64,000 nt of DNA from assembly GCA_918797485.1 (NCBI GenBank), contig CAKKNE010000006.1:2542001-2606000 (forward strand), read 5' to 3'. Shown here piece after piece: positions 32,124 to 42,149 of the stretch (within the stretch, counting starts at the first letter, position 1; each line of letters begins with the position of its first letter). The translations under genes were made by a program, and so were the position numbers. The DNA comes from Pelagomonas calceolata (taxonomy: Eukaryota). A model generated the notes under the pieces. It was not told where the DNA came from. It was given only the letters and a program-made list of their open reading frames with translations, and did no database searches.

Positions 32124-33380
32124 TTAGGAATGAGTACTTAGCGTATAACTCCCGACCGATGGATCGGGCGCCCCCACGAATCGCGGTTGATTCGGATTCA
32201 CGACTACCGCCGTGCCACCGATCGTCTCGATCTTCTTCGTGATGACGCCACTCCTGATAATTTTCTGGCCCGCGACCTCGTCTTGGACGGGCACCTCGAC
32301 ACTCCGCGAGTAGCCGGAGGCATAGGAGCCCTCGCGGCCGTCGCGCCGACTGTCCTCCAAGTTCGCCTTTGCATTGACCACGCGCAGCGGCACGGTGCCC
32401 AGATCGCCGTATTCGCGCACCTTCGACTTCCGTGTCCGTTGTGATGAGGTGAGGGAAATCACCGACACGTCCAGTAATGCTTTGCCCCGCTGCCGTAACC
32501 GACAGGGCCCGTCGCGGAACGCGAACGAACCATCGGATAAAAAGCATCGCCCCTTGTACAACCGCGGCTGGGGCGACGGCGGCGCCTCCTCTTCCACTGG
32601 TTCCGCCTCGACCTCGTCGTCCTCCCTTCGGATGGCGAGCTTGGCGCCGATATCAGTATGGTGGAGCCCGCCGTTCCAGCACCGCACGCAGTACGGTCTT
32701 TTTTCAAGCGGGCTCCATAAAGTCGCCTCGTGGGGACAATTCAACGAGCAGCAGGGCACGAACGGATTTAAGTCCTCGCGCGGCTTCGACTGGTAGATCG
32801 ACGAGGACCGGCGGAGCGCGTCGACGTGCTCTTGCGGCGACATCGGTGCCGCGACGCGCTGGGGCGGCGGTTCGACATAGTTATCAGGCGGCGCCTCCCA
32901 GCCGTCCGGCCGCCAGGCCCAGCCCCGCATCGGCTCGTGGCGCTTTTTGCCGGGTCCATCATCTATAGTAGAGATGATTTCTTGGGTAGGTGCGGCCCTC
33001 CCCAACTTGTAGGGCGCGCCACGCGGCCTTCGGGATAGGTCCTGCAGCGCCCGCACGGAAATGCAGGCGAATGGCGCCTCCGTCGTCACTCCTCTCGCCG
33101 GATCAGCATAATTCTCGAGCTGCTCCAACAGGTCCGGTCGTAATCGAAACGTCGAGAGTCCCGACTTCGCCAACGGTCGATGCCGGCCTTGAGAGGCCTT
33201 CAAGCCGGGCGTTGCCGCGCCGGAACTACAACGCGGCGACGGCTCGGCGCCCAGCAGAGCCGTTCCCCGAAATTCCACGGCCTCGACGGCCTGCAGGCGC
33301 ATCCTCAGCAGCTCGTCGGCGGGCGTCGGCGCGCGGCTCCGTTGCTGCGAGGCCGGCGGGCTGCCGATGGCGAAGGCCAT
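32124..33380 (-). CDS. Hypothetical protein with a B-box-like Cys/His cluster
   Basis: ATG at 33380 (MAFAIGSPP...); CCSLNC...YCVRCWNGGLHH. Confidence 0.6.
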   Translation of the reverse strand: MAFAIGSPPASQQRSRAPTPADELLRMRLQAVEAVEFRGTALLGAEPSPRCSSGAATPGLKASQGRHRPLAKSGLSTFRLRPDLLEQLENYADPARGVTTEAPFACISVRALQDLSRRPRGAPYKLGRAAPTQEIISTIDDGPGKKRHEPMRGWAWRPDGWEAPPDNYVEPPPQRVAAPMSPQEHVDALRRSSSIYQSKPREDLNPFVPCCSLNCPHEATLWSPLEKRPYCVRCWNGGLHHTDIGAKLAIRREDDEVEAEPVEEEAPPSPQPRLYKGRCFLSDGSFAFRDGPCRLRQRGKALLDVSVISLTSSQRTRKSKVREYGDLGTVPLRVVNAKANLEDSRRDGREGSYASGYSRSVEVPVQDEVAGQKIIRSGVITKKIETIGGTAVVVNPNQPRFVGAPDPSVGSYTLSTHS

Positions 33381-33914
33381 CCTTTCGGCGTCCTTCTTGA
33401 TATTAGTGGCGCGTCGATGGCGTGGGGATCCGTCGGCGGCGTCGGGCTGGCCGGGTGCAGCTGCCACAGTAGAGCTCACCACGGCAGGGCGTCGGGGGCC
33501 TGGGGCAGCCCCGGAAGCGACCGTTTCCTGCGCTCGTGCTGGTGGAGAGCTCGCCCGGCCCTGTGGGATCCCGCTCCCGGCGCTCCGCGGCCGACACGAG
33601 CTGCAGCGCCGGAGCTTGTGTTGAGAGAGAGCCCCGCACTTTGCCAAGTTTTGAAGCGTGAATCCTCCATGGATTTCTGAGACGAGCGAGAGGCGTCGCC
33701 GGCGCGGGGCAGTTCCTCTCCTTCGCCGCGGCCAATCAGATTTACCTGTGGCAAACCAGGCCTGGCAAGGCCACCAGGAATTGGAGCTTAAAACTACACG
33801 AACAGGTGCGCACACGCAGCCCGCGCAAGTCAGCGCAACGCCACCGAGCTCCGCGCACCACGCGCCGCCTCTGGGGCAGCCGCGCACCGCCGCGCAGGCC
33901 CACAAACAATGGTT

Positions 33915-34807
33915 ATGATCGCACCAAGCTCCTTTATCGGCTTCGGCGACCTCACGACGGACCGCAAGGCCGACGCGGTCCCGGCCAACTGGCGCGACGG
34001 CATCCCGAGCGGCGACGAGCGGTTGAGAGGAGGCCCCTTCCACCGTGACCCGCGGCCGCGCTCGTACACCGCGCCGCGGCCCGACTTCACTCCATCTCAA
34101 CAGATCAAGGGCGGGCCGCCGGCCTACGCGCACCTCATGGGCAATCCTTGTGAGTGGAGTCTGATGAGTTGCGACCGCGGGCCGTCGCAAGCCTCGAAGG
34201 GCTTCCGGTCCCCGGTCGGGTGGCAGCGCGGCCTTCATCCCGATCTAGCGGACAAGCTCTACGACGCGTCTCTGTCGAACAATCAAGCCGTCTACGAGCG
34301 CTTCGCGAAGAACGTCCGCTATTTATTCAAGGACGGCGCCCCGCAGTGTACCGCTCTGGTCTAAGGGGAGGACTCGCGGCTTTAGCCCGCGCGGTGGGGG
34401 TTCGATTCCCTCGGGCGGTTGATGGGGCGCCGCGCGCAGGTTTGTTGGCGACGACACGCGTCGGATCGCGCCACCACGACCGCCTCGTCAAGGGCTCGTC
34501 GCTCCCGGAGCCGCGAGACGTCGTCTCCAAGACGGGTGTCAGCATCGGCGTCATGGTGGGCTATGATTCTGGAGAGCCTCTGTTCGACGATTCGACGTCT
34601 CAACTAGTCGAGCCGCCCTTCGGCGACAAGCACGGCAAGTCCCTCGCGCGCGTCGAGCGGGGCGCGGGCGACGGCCTCGTCGTCTACGTCTGCCTCGACC
34701 CCGCCCATGGGACGCACCGCCTCTACGCGTGGCTCCGCCAGCGGTACTCCGCGCGCCAGCAGGCGGCGATCTTCGGCCGGCTCGTCGACGCGGACCTCCT
34801 CGCCTAA
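33915..34807 (+). CDS. Hypothetical protein split into two reading frames around a tRNA-like element; splice sites unresolved
   Basis: Coding-like ORF from 33915 stops at the TAA inside the tRNA D-arm (34362-34364); a coding-like frame resumes downstream to 34807. Candidate introns 34150-34439 or 34314-34492 restore the frame. Confidence 0.5.
34350..34420 (+). tRNA. tRNA or tRNA-like gene with anticodon UUA (ochre suppressor type), tRNA-Glu-like body
   Basis: Acceptor ACCGCTC/GGGCGGT; D-stem GTCT/GGAC; anticodon stem CGCGG/CCGCG with loop CT-TTA-GC; variable CGGT; T-arm GGGGG-TTCGATT-CCCTC; A-box TGGTCTAAGGG and B-box GGTTCGATTCC. Confidence 0.8.
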
Positions 34808-34833
34808 GGGTCATTTAGCACATCTTAGTCGTT

Positions 34834-35498
34834 CTAGTCGCCGCGCTTGCGTTTGGCGGCGGGCTGTTCGAGGGACGCGGAGAAGAGCGCCTCCTCGACG
34901 GCGCGCGGCGTCCACAAGCCCCCGAGCTTCTTCGCTTTCGCCGAGCAGGCCTCCAGCAGCCTCTGATAAGAATCGAGGTCGTACTTCTTCGAGTGCTCCG
35001 GCTCGCCGAGGACCGCTTCTAGAGCTTCATCACTCATAACGGGGAGGCGGTCGTCGACGGCCGCGAGGCAGACCGACGCCGTCGCCACCCCAATTCCCGT
35101 CAGCGCCGTGAGCGCGTCGCAGGCTTTTCTCGCGTCGGGGATCGCGGCGATGGCGGCCTTGCTCGCTTTGCGCACCTCGTTGTCATGCATAGCTTCGGCG
35201 AAGCGCATGAGCGGCCGCATCTTGCCGCGCGTCAGCTTGTAGCCGACGACCTGTACTAGATCTTCCTTGCTGAGCTCGGACTGGCCTTGTAAATTGGTCC
35301 ACTTCTTGTGCAGGGCCTGCGTGGTGCGTGCGTTTCTTGGCGGCGGCGGCGCGACGGAAAGTTTTTGCCGCGCTGCAATTTTGCCTTCAGGCTCCCATAC
35401 TTCGTCGTCTTGCCGCTGGCCCTCATGCGCTGCTCGATCGCGTCGAGATGGCTTTCCCACACGGCTTCGTCCTCGCTTGCCCACAATGTGGCGGCCAT
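34834..35498 (-). CDS. Conserved uncharacterised helix-hairpin-helix-like protein, one GC-AG intron (35317-35384)
   Basis: Spliced product ...KYGSLK|ALHKKW...LSKEDLVQVVGYKLTRGKMRP...LTALTGIGVATAS...PVMSDE. Confidence 0.75.
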
Positions 35499-35824
35499 GG
35501 CTCAAGATCAAGAGATCGCGTATTGCGTGCGCAAGTGAGCGCGCAGCGGTTGACGCGCGCAGAAATTGAAAAAGACAGTGAACGCGACGCAACGAAGGCC
35601 GTTGCGCAAGCGATTTGCAGCAATATGAGAGAGCTAATTGCGCAGAGCGGCGTCGGTCTGGCCGCGATCGGGTTCGACGCATTGCTCCGTCGTGGTGCTT
35701 AGGGATCGCCAGGGGTCTGACAAAGACCGGTGGCGTGGCATGCGAGCGGCGGCGTGAATTTTTTCTCGGCGCGGGACGACTCCCGCGCTGGCCGAACAGC
35801 AGGAAAGGTACACAACGACAAAAA

Positions 35825-36703
35825 TTACTTCACAGAAGCAGAAGCAGCCGCCGCGACGACGACCTCGTACGTCCAGAACGTCAGCGCCGCCGACGGCGCG
35901 ACGCGCAGCGCGTTCGGCCAGCACCCCTTGAAGAAGCCTCGAATACCCTCCACGCGGAACGTGTCGCCCACGCATTTCAGAGTTCGCGCTATTTCGCCAG
36001 CGGGTAAATTGCCCTTGAAATTCGAGTTCGTGTTGGGATACCGCTGCTGGACCCGCGTTTTCACGACTTGGTACGGGTAGGTCGCGGTCGCGGCGGCCAA
36101 TTTCGACACGCCACCATAAACTAGAGCCTCGGACCGGCCCGCGTCCGTGGACGGCGGCCTCAGTTCCTTCAGTTTCTCATAAACGACAAATTGCACTGCG
36201 CCGTGCGACGTCAGAAATAACGCCGGTAAAATACCTCGGTAGAGAGCCAACCAGCCCTCTTCTTTTATGATTCTTGAGAACGCATCTAAGATGCCCTTGT
36301 AGCGTTGGTCCTTCTGCAGTTGCAATCTCGTTTTCACGAGCCAGACGGGATTGGTCAACAGAACCATACAAGCACCACTTTGAATCGAAGCGACGGCGTG
36401 GTTCATCGCGCTGGCATTTTGTGGTTTGAAGCGCTCGTAGAAGTAGAAAAAGCCCCCCCAAGATAGTGCGCTTCCAAGTAATGCGGGCGAGAGGCCGTTG
36501 AAGAGCGAACGTAAGCCTTCCCTCCTGATAACGGAAGATGCCGCTGCTACGACGCCGGGCATCCGTTCCACCCTCGTGTCGGCCTGGAAGCGCACTTTCA
36601 CGAGGTCGAGCGGGTACAATAGTGTAGTGGAGCAGGCGCCGGCGGCGATGCCCGCGACGGCGTGGATGTGCGGCGGCGGGCGCTTATTTTGTGGTGGTGC
36701 CAT
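35825..36703 (-). CDS. Mitochondrial carrier, folate/FAD transporter (SLC25A32/FLX1-like)
   Basis: Three carrier motifs YPLDLVKVRFQ, NPVWLVKTRLQ, YPYQVVKTRVQ; SWGGFFYFYE; SHGAVQFVVYE. Confidence 0.9.
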   Translation of the reverse strand: MAPPQNKRPPPHIHAVAGIAAGACSTTLLYPLDLVKVRFQADTRVERMPGVVAAASSVIRREGLRSLFNGLSPALLGSALSWGGFFYFYERFKPQNASAMNHAVASIQSGACMVLLTNPVWLVKTRLQLQKDQRYKGILDAFSRIIKEEGWLALYRGILPALFLTSHGAVQFVVYEKLKELRPPSTDAGRSEALVYGGVSKLAAATATYPYQVVKTRVQQRYPNTNSNFKGNLPAGEIARTLKCVGDTFRVEGIRGFFKGCWPNALRVAPSAALTFWTYEVVVAAAASASVK

Positions 36704-37240
36704 GGCGCTGGCGCGGCGCCGGCCTCAGGGAGGCGAAACGCGCGCTGTGATTGCACAGCTCTGCAGGCCTCCGGCCTCTGGCGTGCGCGCGGCGCCGGCG
36801 TCAGGTGAGGCAGGCTGCAGGCAGTGCAATGCTGCTGCGTGTCAGACGGCTACGAATCGATGCGTTTTTTGCCTCAGCCTTGTAGTGGCTTCACGCAGCG
36901 GTCGTATCGACACGAAGATGTGATCTGTTTGTAGAGTTTCCCCTGCAGCCAACCCAGGACAAGTTTGACCAAAGGCCAAAAGCTAGTGCCTCTTAGCTAG
37001 CTCAGGCAAACAGATCGAAGGCCCAGCGTCTCCGAGTCGTCAAGAAGCAGTGGAAGAGATACGAGAACGGTGCTCCGCGAAGCCGCACCCCGACAGACAG
37101 GCCAAGAGAGCCGGCAAAAGCGCTGTCTGGCAGCGAGGATGGCCGCCCACGAGCCGAGGTGACACCTCGCGCTTTCGAATAGCTCCACCGATCCCTCCCG
37201 GGACGCATAGTACGCGAGGCGGGCAGCTAAGGCGGGCAGC

Positions 37241-40200
37241 ATGGTGGGGCTGCCTCTCTGGCTGCTGCTGGCCGCCTGTGGAGCCGTCGACCTCGACACG
37301 GTCTTCTTCGATGGTGTGGAAGCGGAGCGCTCCTACGACTACGACCTCGGAAGAGATATTCTTGATGTTGCGTCGACCGGACTGCCTCATCATAAATTCG
37401 ACGTGAGCTTCGAGCCCGGCGTGCCTGTAGCGTTCACAGCGACGTTGCCACTTCCAGAAGACTACGTCCAGCGCGGCGTGGCCTTCGGCGGGCGGCCCTT
37501 GCCTGAAGGTCCTATTGGCGTCGCGGTTAATGGCGTCGCGATATATGCCTATAATACGAATCTTACGAAAAGAGACGGCTGCTTCGGCCACAAGATTGGT
37601 GGAGCCTATGTTTATGTGGAGGCCTTCCCCTGCCTTTTTGGAGACGACCGTAATGAGTATCACACGGTGAGAGAAGCTGCCTATATAGGCTTCGGCACGT
37701 CCGTGCGGCCCGACGGCACGGCCGCCGCGGATCCCCGCAGTAGGTTTTTTCGAAGCGGCGTCATTGGGGTGATGAACGACGGCTTTCCGCTGTACGGGCC
37801 GGTCGACGAGCACGGCAACATCCATCAAGGTTTAGATGAATGCGGCGGCAAATATGACAATGAAGGAGAGTACGCCTACTACGCGTCCCTGGAACCGCCC
37901 TACACGATCGCCTGCTTCGGTCCGGGCTACGCGGCGACGCCTCCGAGTCCCATCAAGGACGCCGTGCCGCGTACGGCGAACGACGACGCCGCGCCGGCCT
38001 GCCCCGCGGGCGCAATCGCAACGTCGAAAGGGTGCACAAACTGCCCGGCCGGGCGGTACGCCAAAGATGACGGGTGTACTGGCACGTGCCCGCCCGGCCA
38101 CTACTGCCTCGAGGGAAGCGCGGGTCCCGAGGCGGCGGTCGAGTGCCCCGGCGGTGTGTTTGGCGACGTGCGCGGTTTGAGAGATGCGACATGCGCGGGA
38201 CCGTGCCCGCCCGGGTCGTTCTGCCCCCGCGGGTCCCTAGAACCGCGGCCGTGCGGCAGTGAAGATAGGTACTGCCCGGCCGGGAGCAGTGCGCCCATCC
38301 TGGCGGACGCCGGCGCCTACACGACGCCTCAAATGGCTTCCGCGTGGGCGCATCCTGAAGCGCCGTACTGCATGGCCTCGGAGGGAGCCAACTGCACCGC
38401 CGCCGCGATCGCGTCCCGACCCCTCGCGCCGCGCCAGACCGGGATTCAACAATGCGAGCCGGGCCACTTCTGTACCCAGGGAATCAAATTCCGCTGTCCG
38501 GGTGGACGGTACGGGTCCGAGCATCATTTGAAGACGCCCAACTGCACCGCGGCGTGCCCCGCGGGGACGTACTGCCCCGAGGGATCCCTCGAACCTTCGC
38601 TATTGCCGGCGGGGCGCTACTCGCCGCGCAAGGAACTTCGGTCGTTTGATGACGCGTCGCTGTGTCCGGCCGGCTCCTACTGCCCGCCCGGCAGCAGTGC
38701 ATCAATACATTGCCCGGCGGGCCGCTTCGGCGACCGCGTTGGCTTAAAATCGGCGGCGTGCCCCTCTACCAATTCGGATGGCGACGCGCCGTCGCAGTGC
38801 CCCGCGGGCTACGTCTGCCCGAGCGGCACGGCCGTTTCTACGTCCATTAAATGCGGCAGCCCCAAGGCCCTGGATTTGTTGGAGGCGCTCGAGCGCAACG
38901 CACCATTACCAGAAAGGGGGGAGACGACGCGTGGAGGCGGCCTCGGCGCGGCGGCCTTCTGTCCGCGCGGGTCGGCGGCAGCACGACGCGTGCGCCGTGG
39001 GTATTATTCTATCGGTCCCTCCACAAAACCGCGGTCAGTTAGCGAAGACACGGATCTCAATATTCGGAGGGACGAGGTCCGATGCGAGGCGGGCCACTAC
39101 TGCGTTCAGGGCATTAGAAAACCTTGCCCCGCGGGCAGATTTGGTGATGTAGAAGGCTTAGATAACGCGCGGTGCTCGGGCCCCTGCGCGCCGGGCTACT
39201 ACTGCCCGACCGGCTCCTCGTCAAAAAATGAACACGCCTGCGGTGGGCCGGAGGTCTACTGCCCCGTCGGGAGTCCAGCACCATACCCCGTTGGGGCGGG
39301 CAACTACTCCTCCGTCGATATAGACGAGTACGAAAATGAAGATGGCACACTCGTCCCCGCCTCCACCAACATGGCATCGACAGTGGCAGCAGATGCGCGC
39401 GCGTCGCAGCGCATCTGCGAGCCGGGCTACTTTTGCGAGGGCGGCGTGCGACGACCTTGTCCGGCGGGCCACTACGGTTCCGATAGAGGTCTTTCGGCGA
39501 GGACATGCAACGGGAAATGTCCCCCGGGCATGTGGTGTCCTGAACGAGCAACAGCCGCATTACCGACGCGCAACGGCAGCTACTGCGCGACGGGGGGCTG
39601 CACGACGGAGGAGGGCGACGGGCCCTGCGAACCCGGCTACTACTGCCCCCGCGGGTCGTCTAGCAGTACCCAACGGCCGTGCTGCGACGCTAGGAGGGAC
39701 GACTTCACGGGATTATGGTATACATTTAATGGGAGAGGCTTCGGGACGTCGAATGACGTCGATGTTATTTTGCTGGTGGACAACGAAGCCGAGTGGGGCC
39801 ACTCGTTCCACCCGCCGCCGGGCGAAGTTTATGACTACGACGGGTTCCACCAGCACGCGCCCGCGCGGTTAGCTAGGACTTGTGAAACGCTCTTCTGTCC
39901 GCGCGGTTCGGCCGCGCCAAGAAACGTCTCGGAGGGCTACTACAGTACAGGTGGGAATCGAACGACGCGCCATGGCCAGGCGAAGTGCGACGGCCTCGAG
40001 AACCGGCGCCAGACGCACCGCATCGGATTAGATCGAGCTCCTTATTGTGCCACGACGGTGCAGGGTGGTTCACATGCCCCAGGCGTGGACGACGAGACTT
40101 ATGGCCAGGGGACGGCCGACGGCTTGCATGATTCCGCGCGCGCCTGGCAGCCGCCCCTGTTCTTAGGGTTGAAGGGCAAGGCGCACATCGTCGGAAACGA

Positions 40201-40387
40201 CCAGACGGAGTACGAGTGGGCGCCGCTACCGGAGGACGCGCCCTCCGAAGCGTGCTGCACGTGTTTGAATAGGGGCGCGTTCAATTTATGTCATGAGTGC
40301 CAGAGCGTGTGTCGGACGGCGTGCGACGTCGAGGCTGCGACTTGTGCTTCGCTTTTTCCGCGACTGCTCATTGACGTCGCGTCGTAA
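37241..40387 (+). CDS. Secreted YHYH-like domain protein with many GCC2/GCC3 (ephrin-receptor-like) Cys repeats
   Basis: GPIGVAVNGVAIY, DGCFGH, IGVMNDGFPLYGP, LDECGG, YAYYAS...PYTIACF, then repeated CPAGxYCPxGS. Confidence 0.8.
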   Translation: MVGLPLWLLLAACGAVDLDTVFFDGVEAERSYDYDLGRDILDVASTGLPHHKFDVSFEPGVPVAFTATLPLPEDYVQRGVAFGGRPLPEGPIGVAVNGVAIYAYNTNLTKRDGCFGHKIGGAYVYVEAFPCLFGDDRNEYHTVREAAYIGFGTSVRPDGTAAADPRSRFFRSGVIGVMNDGFPLYGPVDEHGNIHQGLDECGGKYDNEGEYAYYASLEPPYTIACFGPGYAATPPSPIKDAVPRTANDDAAPACPAGAIATSKGCTNCPAGRYAKDDGCTGTCPPGHYCLEGSAGPEAAVECPGGVFGDVRGLRDATCAGPCPPGSFCPRGSLEPRPCGSEDRYCPAGSSAPILADAGAYTTPQMASAWAHPEAPYCMASEGANCTAAAIASRPLAPRQTGIQQCEPGHFCTQGIKFRCPGGRYGSEHHLKTPNCTAACPAGTYCPEGSLEPSLLPAGRYSPRKELRSFDDASLCPAGSYCPPGSSASIHCPAGRFGDRVGLKSAACPSTNSDGDAPSQCPAGYVCPSGTAVSTSIKCGSPKALDLLEALERNAPLPERGETTRGGGLGAAAFCPRGSAAARRVRRGYYSIGPSTKPRSVSEDTDLNIRRDEVRCEAGHYCVQGIRKPCPAGRFGDVEGLDNARCSGPCAPGYYCPTGSSSKNEHACGGPEVYCPVGSPAPYPVGAGNYSSVDIDEYENEDGTLVPASTNMASTVAADARASQRICEPGYFCEGGVRRPCPAGHYGSDRGLSARTCNGKCPPGMWCPERATAALPTRNGSYCATGGCTTEEGDGPCEPGYYCPRGSSSSTQRPCCDARRDDFTGLWYTFNGRGFGTSNDVDVILLVDNEAEWGHSFHPPPGEVYDYDGFHQHAPARLARTCETLFCPRGSAAPRNVSEGYYSTGGNRTTRHGQAKCDGLENRRQTHRIGLDRAPYCATTVQGGSHAPGVDDETYGQGTADGLHDSARAWQPPLFLGLKGKAHIVGNDQTEYEWAPLPEDAPSEACCTCLNRGAFNLCHECQSVCRTACDVEAATCASLFPRLLIDVAS

Positions 40388-40470
40388 ATTTCCTCAGTAT
40401 ATTTACTACCCCGCGTCGATCGCCTTCTGGGCGTCCGCGATTGATGTGGCGTCGTAGATTTCCAGGAAAA

Positions 40471-41871
40471 TTACTCCCCCGCGCCCAGCGCGAGGCCCTC
40501 GAGCGCCTTCGCCGCGTCCGCGACGGCCGCCGCCACGTTGTTCACGGCCGCGCACTTCCCTTGCGCCCGGCCGCCCTTGCCGCCGCCTCGGCCTTCTAGC
40601 GCTGATAAAATAGACCCCTTGGCCGCCTCGACGAGCGCCGGCGTCGCCGACGAGATCAAGAACGCCCCGTCATTTTTTGAACCGAACGTCTGCACGAGGA
40701 CGGCGTCCGGCCGCCTTTGGTCAAAGGCGCCCGCGAGGATCTTCCCGATCTCGCCCATGTCCCTTGTAGAATCCCGCTTCGGCGCGGCGACGACGCGCCC
40801 GGGCATTGACGCGAGCTTGTCCGCCAGCAAGTCCACGACCTCCTTCTGGAGCCGCTTTTCCCGCTGCAAGGCCTCCTTGGACTTGTCCACGACGTCCCGC
40901 ACGCGATCGGGCACGGTCTCGGCGGCGGTGCACAGCGTCTCGACGCACTGCCGCTCTCTTTCAATACACGCGCCGAGTCGCTCGAGCAGGCGCGGGCCCG
41001 CCACGAAGTAGACTAGCGTGTTTCCGCCGCGCTTCGCCTCCGTCCGTATTACTTTAAACGCCTGGAGGTGGGCCAGATTCCTCACGTGCGTGCCGCAGCA
41101 GGGGTTCACGTCGACATCATTTGAAATGCGAACGAGGCGCACGGGCCCCGTCACGCTCGCTGGTAATGAACAAGACGACGCGCGCAGGCCCGGCACTTTA
41201 CAGTCCTTGACGTCGCTCGCCGAATGCCACTCCGTCTCTACTTGTATATCGTCTCTGATCAGGGCATTGACGCGGTCCTCGAGCTCCGGGACGTGAGCTG
41301 GGGTGAAGGGGCTGCCCAATTCCACGGTCGCGTCGGTCTCGCCCAGGTGCCAGGATAAAGTAGGCGCGCCGAGCCAGTCCTCGCAGACGGCCGACGCGAC
41401 GTGCTGCGCCGTGTGCTGCGTGGCGTGGGCCCACCTCCTCTCCCAGTCGAGTGCGACGTCTACTTCGTCGCCGACGGCGACTGGCTTTGATACACGGTGC
41501 ACGGCGACGCCGTCGTCGTTCGTCACTTGCGTGACCGCGGCGTCTCCAATGACGCCGAGGTCGAAGGGCTGGCCGCCGCCCTCCGGGAACAGCACCGTGT
41601 CGCTCAGGACGACGTCGTACGCGTCCTTGGGTTTCGATTTGGATTTTTTTTTGGAGGGTGGGGGTTGGACCTTCTCGCATCGCAGGACTGTGGCTTTGCA
41701 ACTCTTCGCGTAGGTGTCCTTCTGGCACATTAATTCTCCGCATCTCACACAGCTCATTTTCCAGTCGTTCGACGCGACGGCGGCTGCCATGGTGCTGTGA
41801 GTCGCTGGCCGTCGTTGAGTCCGCACGAATGCGGCGGCCTGTGTTGCACAGATGAGCCAATTTACGCGCAT
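40471..41871 (-). CDS. Alanyl-tRNA editing protein (AlaX/AARSD1 family)
   Basis: DTVLFPEGGGQP, QHTAQH, NPCCGTH, C-terminal GRGGGKG. Confidence 0.9.
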   Translation of the reverse strand: MRVNWLICATQAAAFVRTQRRPATHSTMAAAVASNDWKMSCVRCGELMCQKDTYAKSCKATVLRCEKVQPPPSKKKSKSKPKDAYDVVLSDTVLFPEGGGQPFDLGVIGDAAVTQVTNDDGVAVHRVSKPVAVGDEVDVALDWERRWAHATQHTAQHVASAVCEDWLGAPTLSWHLGETDATVELGSPFTPAHVPELEDRVNALIRDDIQVETEWHSASDVKDCKVPGLRASSCSLPASVTGPVRLVRISNDVDVNPCCGTHVRNLAHLQAFKVIRTEAKRGGNTLVYFVAGPRLLERLGACIERERQCVETLCTAAETVPDRVRDVVDKSKEALQREKRLQKEVVDLLADKLASMPGRVVAAPKRDSTRDMGEIGKILAGAFDQRRPDAVLVQTFGSKNDGAFLISSATPALVEAAKGSILSALEGRGGGKGGRAQGKCAAVNNVAAAVADAAKALEGLALGAGE

Positions 41872-42149
41872 CTGCGCGTGATTCCACTTTCTATAATCCT
41901 CTAGCGTAGTAAGACACTAGCATTACGGCCTCGAGAGCTTAAGCTCGCAGTACGAAGTCACACTGCACCCAAATTGGCCAAACACTGCTCCACAATACTC
42001 TCCACAATACGGTGGCCGCTGCGCGGCTGTGCAATCCATCGCTGCGGCTGCAAGCACGGCACCACTGGTACAGTGCCGCGGCAGTGCGCGACAGCGCGAC
42101 GTAGCGAGCAATATATTTTCAAAAGCAGAACGCCATCGACTAGACAGCA

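Noticed and set aside
33381..34238. N-terminal extension of the 704-aa - strand ORF
   Set aside because: It crosses an intergenic region and overlaps the + strand gene; the ATG at 33380 is the more plausible start.
34376..34392. Reading the tRNA as Leu(UAG)
   Set aside because: It needs a 1-nt loop shift that leaves two mismatches in the anticodon stem, and the long variable arm of tRNA-Leu is absent.
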